From assembly GCA_948530865.1 (NCBI GenBank), contig CAOTKV010000006.1, positions 13,238 through 77,237 on the forward strand: DNA of 64,000 nucleotides. The letters run 5' to 3'. The translations under genes were made by a program, and so were the position numbers. Under the pieces are notes generated by a model. That model was not told the origin of the DNA. It searched no databases and worked only from the letters and a program-made list of their open reading frames with translations. Shown in pieces: positions 9,541 through 18,745 of this stretch (position 1 is the first letter of the stretch; every line of letters begins with the position of its first letter). The DNA is from an uncultured Clostridia bacterium. GTDB taxonomy: Bacteria; Bacillota; Clostridia; TANB77; CAG-508.

Positions 9541-10590
9541 TTAATTTTCATCCTTTCTATCAAATTGACTTAAAAATCTGACGTCATTTGTATATAAATA
9601 TCTCATATCAGTAATTCCATATTTAAACATTGCAAGTCTATCTATTCCTGTTCCAAATGCAAATCCTGAATATTTTTCTGGATCATATCCATTCATTTCT
9701 AAAACTCTTGGATGAACCATTCCTGAACCTAAAAGTTCTATCCAACCTGTTTTCTTACAAAGCGGGCAACCCTTTCCACCACATTTAAAACATGTAACAT
9801 CTACTTCATAAGATGGTTCTGTAAATGGGAAATAACTTGGTCTAAATCTTAACTGAGTATTTGAACCTAACATTTTTCTCATGAATACTTCTAAAGTTCC
9901 TTTTAAATCTGCAAGTGATGTATTTTTCTCTTTGTAGTCTATAACTAAACCTTCAACTTGATTGAATTGATGAGAGTGTGTTGCATCATCTTCTCTTCTA
10001 TATGTTTTTCCTGTACAAATCATTCTGATTGGTGATTTTTCTCCATTTGCAATCATAGTTCTTGCTTGAACAGCTGATGTTTGAGTTCTTAACAAATATT
10101 CTTCTGTTATATAAAAACTATCTTGCATATCTCTTGCTGGATGACCTTGTGGAAGATTTAATCTTTCAAAACAGAATTCATCTGTTTCAAGTTCTGGACC
10201 TTCTACTACATCATATCCCATTGAAACAAATATATCTTGTATTTCTTCAATAACTCTGTTTATCGGATGTTTGCTACCTCTTGTAATTTTTGTACTTGGT
10301 GCTGTTATATCAATTTTTTCTTTTTCTAGCTTTTGAGCCATTGCTTTTTCTTTTAAAATTGCTTCAGCACTTTGAATTTTTTGTTCAATTTCATTTCTTG
10401 CTTCATTTACTAAACTACCAACTTTAGGTCTTTCTTCTTGTGATAATGCTCCTAATCCTTTTAAAAGATTTGATAATTCACTTTTTTTACCTAATAGTTT
10501 TACTTTCAATTCTTGTAACTCTTGCAAATTTTGAATTTCTTCAATTTTCTCTTTTGCAGTATTTCGAATTTGTTCGATTTTCTCTTTCAT
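9541..10590 (-). CDS. pheS: Phenylalanine--tRNA ligase alpha subunit
   Basis: Carries class II aaRS motifs (GHPARDMQDSFY, FRPSYFPFTEPS, GFAFGTGIDRLAM). ATG 10590 has GGAGG upstream, so the track's N-terminal extension to 10632 is spurious. Confidence 0.95.
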   Translation of the reverse strand: MKEKIEQIRNTAKEKIEEIQNLQELQELKVKLLGKKSELSNLLKGLGALSQEERPKVGSLVNEARNEIEQKIQSAEAILKEKAMAQKLEKEKIDITAPSTKITRGSKHPINRVIEEIQDIFVSMGYDVVEGPELETDEFCFERLNLPQGHPARDMQDSFYITEEYLLRTQTSAVQARTMIANGEKSPIRMICTGKTYRREDDATHSHQFNQVEGLVIDYKEKNTSLADLKGTLEVFMRKMLGSNTQLRFRPSYFPFTEPSYEVDVTCFKCGGKGCPLCKKTGWIELLGSGMVHPRVLEMNGYDPEKYSGFAFGTGIDRLAMFKYGITDMRYLYTNDVRFLSQFDRKDEN

Positions 10591-10611
10591 CTTTATCCTC
10601 CTATTTTTATT

Positions 10612-10874
10612 ATTTTTGAAAAAAAGAAGCATCCATCTATAGGACGCTTCTTCTTTGACGTGTTACCACCTAAATTTATTAATAAAAATTATTAACCTCA
10701 TTTTAGTTATAACGTAACAAACGCTTACAGCTACTTATTTTCACCATAAGAACCTCAAAAGTGAATTTTCAGTAAATTATATATAAACAAACTCTCAGCG
10801 TAACATTTGTTTTCTCTTTAATATATTTAGCTAATTTACCTACTTTGCTTTTTATTAGCGGTTTTAAATATTAT
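10612..10874 (-). promoter_or_regulatory. T-box leader (Phe specifier) controlling pheST
   Basis: Minus-strand RNA shows AGAGA/GCUGAGAG stem-I elements. The specifier region GAAAAUUCAC exposes UUC (plus 10763-10765). The T-box core is AAAUUUAGGUGGUAACACG (plus ~10658-10676). The terminator GAAGCGUCC-UAUAG-AUGGAUGCUUC plus U7 (plus 10619-10650) sits just before the pheS RBS. Confidence 0.85.
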
Positions 10875-10880
10875 GTTAAT

Positions 10881-10909
10881 ACTATAACACACTTTAAAAT
10901 AAATTTCAA
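10881..10909 (-). promoter_or_regulatory. Sigma-70-type promoter of the pheST T-box leader
   Basis: The minus strand reads TTGAAA-N17-TATAGT with a TG at -15/-14 (plus tttcaa 10904-10909, actata 10881-10886). Confidence 0.6.
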
Positions 10910-10915
10910 GTATTT

Positions 10916-11113
10916 TTATCTTCCATCATCATCATTGATTTTTTCTGCTTTTTTATTAGAAGCATTTAACTCATTAAATATTTCCTCAGCAGCTAACATT
11001 CTATTTTTTTCTTCATCAACAACATACTCAATTTCTTTCAAAGCTTTCCCAAATTGTGGATTAGATTTCCAACCAGTTTCGAAAGCATCATTTACTTTAT
11101 CTGCAAAATTCAT
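10916..11113 (-). CDS. Small hypothetical protein (65 aa from ATG 11113; the track extends it to 11134)
   Basis: The ORF MNFADKVNDAFETGWKSNPQFGKALKEIEYVVDEEKNRMLAAEEIFNEL... starts 13 nt after the upstream stop, with a GAAGGGA SD. No family recognised. Confidence 0.45.
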   Translation of the reverse strand: MNFADKVNDAFETGWKSNPQFGKALKEIEYVVDEEKNRMLAAEEIFNELNASNKKAEKINDDDGR

Positions 11114-11126
11114 TGTAACATCCCTT

Positions 11127-12014
11127 CTAACCAATCATATTAGATAATTCATTACTTCTAAAACTTTCTATTCTAAGATTTAATGGATCAAGAATTGTTG
11201 CTTCAACTATCCTTGCTGTATTAAATCTACAAATAAAAAATTTAGTAATTTTTTTAAATACTTTTGGTTTTCTAATATTTTTAGCAATAGATCTTCCACC
11301 AACTTCCATAGCTTCAAATATTGCTCTTTTCTTTTGCTCATTTAATCTTTCAATTTCAGAATTTATCAAAGAAATTTCTTTTTCTATCTTAAAAATTGAT
11401 TCTTGATTTTCTTTTTTATTGTTTTCAGCCATAATTAAACTTACTGAATTTTTTGCTTCAACTTCATCAATAACATCTTGGGCATCCATCGCTTTAAATA
11501 TCAAATTAGTATCTACTGGTGCACTTTCTTCTTTTTTAGCTTTGATTTTATCTAAAAAAAACTTTACTTTATTTTTTACTGTATTTTGTACTTCATCATT
11601 TTCTTTTTGATTTATTCTTCTATTTATTTTTCTATATAAATATTCTTCATTTAAAAGTGAACCCAAAAGTGAAGCTTCTAATTCAACTTTTCTTAATATT
11701 AATTGTTCAATTTTTTGATCATAAAAGTTTCCTAATTCTATTAAAGTATCTTTATAGTTTGCTAATATCCCAGAAACTTTATCTCTTATTTCATCATAAT
11801 CTTTTGATGTTTCTTTAAATTTAGGATTAACTTCATATATTCCTACTTTTACAGCATTCATTTGTGCATTTACTTTATCATTTATTGTATCAAATGATAC
11901 CTTATTTATATAAGCTCTGCAAACAAGAGCATCAGCTTTCACTCTATCTTCTGATTCATCATATAATTTTTTTAAGTTTTCGCAAATTTTTATTTCATCC
12001 AAGGCAGTGCACAC
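11127..12014 (-). CDS. Hypothetical coiled-coil protein
   Basis: 295-aa ORF with long heptad-like Lys/Glu-rich stretches. The start is uncertain: GTG 12014 abuts the SD, and TTG 12002 is possible. No family recognised. Confidence 0.55.
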   Translation of the reverse strand: MCTALDEIKICENLKKLYDESEDRVKADALVCRAYINKVSFDTINDKVNAQMNAVKVGIYEVNPKFKETSKDYDEIRDKVSGILANYKDTLIELGNFYDQKIEQLILRKVELEASLLGSLLNEEYLYRKINRRINQKENDEVQNTVKNKVKFFLDKIKAKKEESAPVDTNLIFKAMDAQDVIDEVEAKNSVSLIMAENNKKENQESIFKIEKEISLINSEIERLNEQKKRAIFEAMEVGGRSIAKNIRKPKVFKKITKFFICRFNTARIVEATILDPLNLRIESFRSNELSNMIG

Positions 12015-12018
12015 TCCT

Positions 12019-12168
12019 TTATTTATTATTCTTTAGCATCTCTTTCACACTATTAAAATTCTCTTTTTTGTCAGATTCAATCTCTCTTAATAACCATTTT
12101 AATTCATCTACATTCATATAGTCTAAATTGTAAATTCTATTCTTATAAGCAATAGTTCCTAATTTCAT
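12019..12168 (-). CDS. Small hypothetical protein (49 aa), not in the ORF track
   Basis: AGGAGGAGTGCCT-ATG at 12168. Hand translation: MKLGTIAYKNRIYNLDYMNVDELKWLLREIESDKKENFNSVKEMLKNNK, with the stop at 12019-12021. It sits directly upstream of the coiled-coil gene. Confidence 0.45.
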   Translation of the reverse strand: MKLGTIAYKNRIYNLDYMNVDELKWLLREIESDKKENFNSVKEMLKNNK

Positions 12169-12233
12169 AGGCACTCCTCCTAAACTCATCTATAATATTT
12201 ATATATATAACATTTAAATATGTCAATATATTT

Positions 12234-13223
12234 TTAATATTCAATTGAATTTGTTGCACCACCATTTGTTTTAACTCTATACATTTTATACATTTGATTA
12301 TTATTATCACTCTTATCTAAATAATATAAAACTCCATTTGCTATATTAATTTTAGTTCTTTCTGCTTGAATTTTAACAATAGCAATTGATTTTTTACCTT
12401 TTAAATCACATCTACAGATTTGTTTATTAGTTGCATCATAATAATAAATTTTCTTATCTGTAACATTATATGTTTCATTATTAACAAAATTTGTAACTGT
12501 TTGCTTAGATTTTCCATTATTCTTGATTTTGCATAAAGCACCTTCTGAATTGTCATAAAAATATATCCAATTCTTCAAAACTTGAAAGTTTCTTATATTA
12601 TATTCTTTAGAAATTTCTTTATTATTGTCGCCATTTGTACTAATAGAATATAAATATCCACTATTATTTGTATAATATACTTTTCCTTTTGATACAACAA
12701 AATCATTAATTCCACTTTCAACTATAGTTGTTTCTGTTAAATCTTCTAATGATAATTTAACAATTCTCATTTTTTCTTTATTTGTTATATAAAATACATT
12801 ATTATCTTCTATATAAAATTTACTCATTGGAGTTGATAATGTTGTAATTTTTTCATTATTTTCTCCATTTGTATCAACTTTTTTTAAATCTATTGTATTA
12901 CTTTCTGAAATTGTTAAATAATATAATGTATTTTTTACTAAAGTGATTGAATAAGCAGTTTCATCTGTAAGTTTTGTTTCTTTTTTACCTTTAACTTTAA
13001 ATATTCCTGATTCATACTTATTATAATAAACAGTATTTCCATCAGCAATTGCTAAACCTGCATTATTATTTGAATAATTTCCAAAAGGTTTTTCTGGTGA
13101 AAATGCTCTCAATATTAAACTTAAAATTCCTATAACAAGAATTATTGCTACTGCTAAAATCGCAATAACTAATGACAAACGTTTTTTATTTACTTTAATT
13201 TTACTATTTTTTTTAGTTCCCAT
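12234..13223 (-). CDS. Membrane-anchored beta-propeller-like repeat protein (DUF5050-like)
   Basis: N-terminal TM helix LSLVIAILAVAIILVIGILSLIL, then recurring blades (NTVYYNKY, NTLYYLT, NNVFYITN, GKVYYTNN, NWIYFYDN, KKIYYYDA, GVLYYLDK). Confidence 0.6.
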   Translation of the reverse strand: MGTKKNSKIKVNKKRLSLVIAILAVAIILVIGILSLILRAFSPEKPFGNYSNNNAGLAIADGNTVYYNKYESGIFKVKGKKETKLTDETAYSITLVKNTLYYLTISESNTIDLKKVDTNGENNEKITTLSTPMSKFYIEDNNVFYITNKEKMRIVKLSLEDLTETTIVESGINDFVVSKGKVYYTNNSGYLYSISTNGDNNKEISKEYNIRNFQVLKNWIYFYDNSEGALCKIKNNGKSKQTVTNFVNNETYNVTDKKIYYYDATNKQICRCDLKGKKSIAIVKIQAERTKINIANGVLYYLDKSDNNNQMYKMYRVKTNGGATNSIEY

Positions 13224-13236
13224 AATATTTCTCCAA

Positions 13237-15381
13237 TTAATTATTTGTTATATTAAATTCAGAATCTACTTTAAATGTATATATATCTATTGCTATAATA
13301 GCACTATTTTCTGTTACAGCTGATGATACTTCATATCCATCTATTTGCAAGTTTTCCAAGTTTTGTATTGTAAATTCCTGCTGATTTTCTTGTGCTTCAT
13401 TTCTCATACTTGATATCTTTGCTTCTAAAAGTTTCTGAGCATCACTTCTGGTAATGTTATTTAAAATTTTATCAATATCCTGTTTTCTTCCTGTATTTGT
13501 ATCTATAAAATTAAGCTTATCATTCTTCTGCAATTTAACAAGCTCAATTTTTTCTTTAATAGCTTGTATTGTTAAATTATAATCTTCTTCAGATAAATTA
13601 TCTAAAAATAAACAATTTTCATCTGTTAAACTTTGAATTTCTGCACCTTTTGTAGTAAATTTTATATTTGTATCTGCACTAAATTTACTTTCATTTTCTT
13701 TAGTAGAAAATGTTATTATAAAATTATTTTTCACAGAATTAGAATTAATAGAACCTTCAAAATCTGACTTTATATTTATTTTTTTGTTTATTTTTTCATT
13801 TTCAATAAAATTTATTAATAAATCGAATGATGTATTTGAAGTATTTGAAATTTTATCAATTTCTATAGAATATCCATTTGTTTCATTCTCAATAAGTTCT
13901 GTTTCAAGTTCATTATCTGTTTCAAAATTTAACAATGGATTCTTGCCTTTGTATAAATATGTTATCTTTAATTTATTTTCAATATCATCCTTTTTTAAAA
14001 CTTCTAAATCAATAGTATTTTCATTTGGCAAAACAATACTTATTTTTTCTGCTTTTTCATTTGAAGCATAAACTGTTACTGTTAAACCATTTCCTGTAAG
14101 GTTGTCTACTTTGGTAATAAATGAATCAATTTCTTCTTGAAGTTCTTCTAAATTCTTATTTATTTTTAGTCCTAATATAAATTTAACAATATCTTCATAT
14201 TCATATATTTTATTAAGTTTTTCCAAATCAACTGTAGTTGTTTCATTTACTGGTTCTAAATTTGTAATATTAGTTAACTCAAGTTCTTGAGTACCCGTAG
14301 TTTGCTCTTCATTTATATTTTCTTCTTGTTCTACATTTTCTAAATCTTCTTGCTGTTCATTATCAAAATTTTCTTCACTATTATCTTCAATAAATTGTTC
14401 TGTATTAAATTCATTTGTTTCGCCTTTAATAGGTTCTTCTTCTGGATTTTCTTGCATATTTTCTTCTTGCTGATTGATTTCTGATTCTTCTTCATTATCA
14501 TCAATAGGAACAACACTTGGAACTGTTACTTTTACTTGTGGAATTTCTTCTGGTTCTGTTTCATTAATAAATTTTTTTAGAAATTCCTCATTATTTCTTA
14601 AATCTTTTAAAGTATCTACTAATATACTGTTTAATTCTTCTTGTGATAATTTCAATGTATATCCTGTTACAGATATATTTTTATCGTTTTGATTAATTGC
14701 AAAGTTTTCTTGAATTGTAAACTTTTCTTCAGGTAATTTTTCTGCAATTTTTGAAATATTATCAGATATAAATTTATTTATTTCATCTTCTGTTAAATCT
14801 ATTTTTTCAGTTTTAAATAATTTGTCAATTCTATCTTTATCAAAATCAAGATTATATAATTCTTTTAATTTTTCATAATGAACTCCAACATGATTATTAA
14901 CAACATCTCCATCATATATTGCAATTCCTAATAAATCTGTAATTAAATCTGCTTTAAAAATTTCATTTCCTGAATAATCTATTCCAAGTTCACTAAATGT
15001 TTTATCATCTTCAATATTTTTTTGATTTTTAAGATTAAAAGTAAAATTATTTATATCTCTACCATCAAAGCTTTGTGTTTCATCATTAGTTGAAAAATTA
15101 ATAGTACTATTTAATTCATAATTTGAATTTAATAGTTTACTACTTAATTCTTTATACATATTTTCAGAAGTAATTTCTTTTACATTACTAGTAGCTAAAT
15201 GTTCGAAAAATAATTGTTTTGTACTAACAGTTTTATATTTAGTAAAATACCAATAAGCCACTATCATTCCAATTAAAATTATAAATAAAAATATAATAAA
15301 AAATAATAAGCCTTTTTTACTTTTTTTATTATTTATATTACGATTTGCACCAATATAAATATCTTCAATGTTATTATTCAT
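13237..15381 (-). CDS. Membrane-anchored hypothetical protein with a strongly acidic central region
   Basis: 714-aa ORF with the N-terminal TM helix LLFFIIFLFIILIGMIVAYWYF. An acidic low-complexity block (EESEINQQEENMQENPEEEP...EQQEDLENVEQEENINEEQ) spans ~14280-14520. Confidence 0.6.
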   Translation of the reverse strand: MNNNIEDIYIGANRNINNKKSKKGLLFFIIFLFIILIGMIVAYWYFTKYKTVSTKQLFFEHLATSNVKEITSENMYKELSSKLLNSNYELNSTINFSTNDETQSFDGRDINNFTFNLKNQKNIEDDKTFSELGIDYSGNEIFKADLITDLLGIAIYDGDVVNNHVGVHYEKLKELYNLDFDKDRIDKLFKTEKIDLTEDEINKFISDNISKIAEKLPEEKFTIQENFAINQNDKNISVTGYTLKLSQEELNSILVDTLKDLRNNEEFLKKFINETEPEEIPQVKVTVPSVVPIDDNEEESEINQQEENMQENPEEEPIKGETNEFNTEQFIEDNSEENFDNEQQEDLENVEQEENINEEQTTGTQELELTNITNLEPVNETTTVDLEKLNKIYEYEDIVKFILGLKINKNLEELQEEIDSFITKVDNLTGNGLTVTVYASNEKAEKISIVLPNENTIDLEVLKKDDIENKLKITYLYKGKNPLLNFETDNELETELIENETNGYSIEIDKISNTSNTSFDLLINFIENEKINKKINIKSDFEGSINSNSVKNNFIITFSTKENESKFSADTNIKFTTKGAEIQSLTDENCLFLDNLSEEDYNLTIQAIKEKIELVKLQKNDKLNFIDTNTGRKQDIDKILNNITRSDAQKLLEAKISSMRNEAQENQQEFTIQNLENLQIDGYEVSSAVTENSAIIAIDIYTFKVDSEFNITNN

Positions 15382-15500
15382 AACCTTTCCCTCACTTTTG
15401 GTTATTTTTTTAATTTATTATATATTGTTAGAATTATTATATAAAAAAACAAAAAAAATAACAACAATAATTTAATATTTCATACAATTTTATATGACAA

Positions 15501-15531
15501 AAAAGACGTTACTTTGCGTAACGTCTTTTCA
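15501..15531 (-). terminator. Rho-independent terminator after spoVG
   Basis: AAAGACGTTAC-TTTGC-GTAACGTCTTT hairpin followed by a T-run on the minus strand. Confidence 0.75.
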
Positions 15532-15565
15532 ATACTTTTATACTAAAAATAAATTTTCAATAAAA

Positions 15566-15844
15566 TTATTCAGCTGATTCTGCTGTTTCAGCATCTGGAG
15601 CTTCATAAGCTTCTAAAATAGCTTTTTGAATTTTTTCTCTAGTTTCAGCATTGATTGGATGAGCTATATCTTTAAATTCTCCGTTTGGAGTTTTTTTACT
15701 AGGCATAGCTATGAATAATCCATTTTGACTTTCGATAACTTTGATATCATGGATAACGAATTCTCCATCAAATGTTACTGAAGCTACTGCTTTCATTCTG
15801 TTTTCTAAATTTACTTTTCTTAAACGTACATCTGTTATTTGCAT
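15566..15844 (-). CDS. spoVG: Septation/sporulation regulator SpoVG
   Basis: The sequence [11 protein letters not shown]...[20 protein letters not shown]...GLFIAMPS...DIAHPIN is typical SpoVG. ATG 15844 has an AGAGGTG SD, and the GTG at 15856 given by the track lies inside that SD. Confidence 0.9.
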   Translation of the reverse strand: MQITDVRLRKVNLENRMKAVASVTFDGEFVIHDIKVIESQNGLFIAMPSKKTPNGEFKDIAHPINAETREKIQKAILEAYEAPDAETAESAE

Positions 15845-15902
15845 TGTTTTAAGCACCTCTTTCTTATCGTTTTATACATATTTTAAATTATGTACTAATA
15901 AA

Positions 15903-15931
15903 TTATTCTACATAAAAAAATTTTTTCCTTC
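15903..15931 (-). promoter_or_regulatory. Sigma-H-like promoter upstream of spoVG
   Basis: The minus strand reads GAAGGAAAA-N11-GTAGAATAA, which fits the RnAGGAwww-N11/12-RnnGAATww consensus. spoVG is sigma-H dependent in B. subtilis. Confidence 0.5.
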
Positions 15932-15996
15932 TTTTTTTGAAAAAATATTTTGTATTTTTTTGATTTTTTTTAGTATTCAAAAATTATTTAATAATC

Positions 15997-16025
15997 TTGA
16001 AATTCTCTCTTCATAATAGTATAAT
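15997..16025 (+). promoter_or_regulatory. Sigma-70-type promoter of murC
   Basis: TTGAAA (15997-16002), N17, TATAAT (16020-16025), about 37 nt upstream of the murC start. Confidence 0.6.
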
Positions 16026-16062
16026 CTAAAATGCAAATATATTTTGAAAGGAATGTTTTATA

Positions 16063-17448
16063 TTGGACACACAAATATCAGATTTATCAAACTATAAACA
16101 TATTCATCTTATTGGAATTGGTGGAATTAGTATGAGTGCAATTGCAGAAACATTGCACAATTGGAACTATATTGTCACTGGTTCAGATTTAAATAGAAGT
16201 GAAATTACAGATAATTTAAATAAACATGGGATTCCAACTGTTATTGGGCATGATTTAGAAAATTCAAAAAAAGCTGATTTAATAGTATATTCTGCAGCTA
16301 TAAGTAACAGTGATCCTGAAATAATAAATGCAAAAGAAAACAATATCCCTATTATTGGAAGGGGAACTTTTGTTGGATATCTAACAAAACTTTACAATGA
16401 AGCTATTTGCATTTCAGGAACACATGGAAAAACAACTACAACATCTATGCTATCTACTTGTTTTATTGATGCAGAAAAAGACCCTTCTATCGAAGTTGGA
16501 GCAATATTAGATTCAATTGGTGGAAATTATCGTGTTGGAAATAGTGAATATTTTATATTAGAATCTTGTGAATATAAAGGAAACTTTTTAAAGTTCTTCC
16601 CTAACACAGCAATAATTTTAAATATAGATAATGATCATTTAGATTATTACAAAACTTTTGAAAATGTTGTAAAAGCATTTAATGATTTTGCACAAATTGT
16701 TGAACCTGAAGGTTTAGTTATTGTAAATGGTGATGATAAAAATTGTTTTGCAATGAGAAATATTGTAAAGTCTAAATTCATCTCTTATGGAATCGAAAAT
16801 GAAAAATGTAATTTCTTAGCAAAAAATATTGAATTTGATGAAAATGGTTTTGCAAAATTTGATGTATACAAAAATAATGAATTTTATGCTACATTTTCAC
16901 TTTCTGTTGCTGGACGTCACAATATTTTAAATGCTCTTGCTTGCATTTCTACTTGTGATTATTACAATATTTCAAAAGAAATTATGCAAAGTTCTTTGAA
17001 AAAATTTACAGGTGCTGAACGTAGATTAGAATTTAAAGGAAAACTAAATAACAAAATTTCTATTTTTGATGATTATGCTCATCACCCAACAGAAATAAAA
17101 GCAACATCAAATGCAATAAAAAATAAAAAATATAATGAGTCTTGGGTTATTTTCCAACCTCACACATATTCAAGAACAAAAAATCATTTAGATGATTTTG
17201 CAGATTCTCTTCTTGATTTTGATAACATTATTCTTTTAGACATATATGCAGCTCGTGAAACAAATACTTTTGATATCTCTTCAAAAAATTTAGCAGAAAA
17301 AATTAATTCAAAAGGAAAAAAAGTAATTTATATGCCTGATTTTGATGAAGTTGTATCTTATATCAAAAATAATGTAAAAGATAATGATATTATAATTACT
17401 TTAGGCGCTGGAACTGTTACCCAAATTGGCCCAATGATTTTAAAATAA
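16063..17448 (+). CDS. murC: UDP-N-acetylmuramate--L-alanine ligase
   Basis: Mur ligase motifs are present: HLIGIGGISMSAIAE, ISGTHGKTTTTSM, DDYAHHPTEI. TTG start with a GAAAGGAA SD. Confidence 0.93.
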   Translation: MDTQISDLSNYKHIHLIGIGGISMSAIAETLHNWNYIVTGSDLNRSEITDNLNKHGIPTVIGHDLENSKKADLIVYSAAISNSDPEIINAKENNIPIIGRGTFVGYLTKLYNEAICISGTHGKTTTTSMLSTCFIDAEKDPSIEVGAILDSIGGNYRVGNSEYFILESCEYKGNFLKFFPNTAIILNIDNDHLDYYKTFENVVKAFNDFAQIVEPEGLVIVNGDDKNCFAMRNIVKSKFISYGIENEKCNFLAKNIEFDENGFAKFDVYKNNEFYATFSLSVAGRHNILNALACISTCDYYNISKEIMQSSLKKFTGAERRLEFKGKLNNKISIFDDYAHHPTEIKATSNAIKNKKYNESWVIFQPHTYSRTKNHLDDFADSLLDFDNIILLDIYAARETNTFDISSKNLAEKINSKGKKVIYMPDFDEVVSYIKNNVKDNDIIITLGAGTVTQIGPMILK

Positions 17449-17454
17449 GTAATC

Positions 17455-17487
17455 TAAAAAACTCTCCAAATATTTGGAGAGTTTTTT
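17455..17487. terminator. Bidirectional terminator between the convergent murC and spoIVB genes
   Basis: AAAAAACTCTCCAAATATTTGGAGAGTTTTTT, a perfect hairpin flanked by an A-run and a T-run. It abuts the spoIVB stop codon. Confidence 0.8.
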
Positions 17488-18730
17488 AGATTCCAATTTC
17501 TTTTATCATCAAATCTGCAAAAATACCATATCCAACTTCTGGATTTGAAACTAAAACATTTGTAATTGCACCTACAAATTTTCCATTTTGTATTATAGGA
17601 GCTCCTGATAAACCTCTTATTATTCCACCAGTCTTTTGAATTAATTCTTCATCTGTAATTCGTATTAACATACTTTTATTATTATAATTATTGTCTGTAT
17701 ATAATTTCTCAATTTCTATGTCATATTCTTCTGCTTTATTACTACTATCTATACTACATAATATTTTTGCTTTCCCTACTTCTATTTCATCTCTAGAAGC
17801 AACTTTCATCTTATTAGATAAATCTATATTTAAACTTGTTAAATTTTCTAAATTGCCATATAATCCAAACTGTGTATTTTTAGATACTGTACCTATTTTT
17901 TGTTGATTTAAAATTGTTCCTCTTATTTCTCCAGGACTCTCTGTTTTTCCTTTTTGAATAGAAATTACTCTTGAAGTAACTAATTCACCATAATCAATCT
18001 GTATTAAAGAATCTGTATCAGAATCTGTTATACCATGTCCTAAAACTGCAAAACTTTGGCTATTTGGCTCATAAAATGTCATTGTTCCAACTCCAGTAGC
18101 CGCATCTTTTACCCATAAACCTAATTTGTAATCTTTATTTTTAGACTGAACAGGTTTTATATTTGATGTAAATGTTGTTCCATTTCTTAATAATGTTATT
18201 CTTAAATCTTTTCCTTTCGAATTATTAACTATTTTCTTGAGTGTATCAATACTTTCTACTCTTTCCTCATTAATACTTACTATTGTATCTCCTTCCATAA
18301 TATTACTTTTTTCATAAGGTTTTGTCATATTATTATTAGAATCTTCTATTTCTGATTTCCCAACAACTAATACACCATCAGTATATAATTTCAATCCTAT
18401 AATTTTTCCAATTGGCACAACTTCTATATCTTCAATTCTTGTTATACTGGTATTTTTTAATAGATTAACGCCTAATAATTTATATTCTATTTTGCTTGTA
18501 TTATAGTTTCCATTAGAAGTCTCTTGAGTCTCAGAAGCATGTATTCCTGGAAGTAATTTAGGATAATAGTTTTGTCCACTGCATAATATTAAATTTTTAG
18601 GAATTAGAGTAATATTTATTGTATACATATATATAATAAATAAAAAAATAATGGTTATTATAATCTTAATCTTTTTCATAAAATTATAATAACCATTTAT
18701 TTTATTTTTATTAAGTTTAATAATTTTCAT
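17486..18730 (-). CDS. spoIVB: SpoIVB peptidase (S55, stage IV sporulation signalling protease)
   Basis: N-terminal TM helix and a PDZ-like segment (GDTIVSINEERVESIDTLKKIV). Protease core: GVGTMTFYEP...FAVLGHGITD...GLSGAPIIQNGKFVGAITNV. An alternative start at 18679 is possible. Confidence 0.88.
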   Translation of the reverse strand: MKIIKLNKNKINGYYNFMKKIKIIITIIFLFIIYMYTINITLIPKNLILCSGQNYYPKLLPGIHASETQETSNGNYNTSKIEYKLLGVNLLKNTSITRIEDIEVVPIGKIIGLKLYTDGVLVVGKSEIEDSNNNMTKPYEKSNIMEGDTIVSINEERVESIDTLKKIVNNSKGKDLRITLLRNGTTFTSNIKPVQSKNKDYKLGLWVKDAATGVGTMTFYEPNSQSFAVLGHGITDSDTDSLIQIDYGELVTSRVISIQKGKTESPGEIRGTILNQQKIGTVSKNTQFGLYGNLENLTSLNIDLSNKMKVASRDEIEVGKAKILCSIDSSNKAEEYDIEIEKLYTDNNYNNKSMLIRITDEELIQKTGGIIRGLSGAPIIQNGKFVGAITNVLVSNPEVGYGIFADLMIKEIGI

Positions 18731-18745
18731 AAGAAATCTTTTTTG

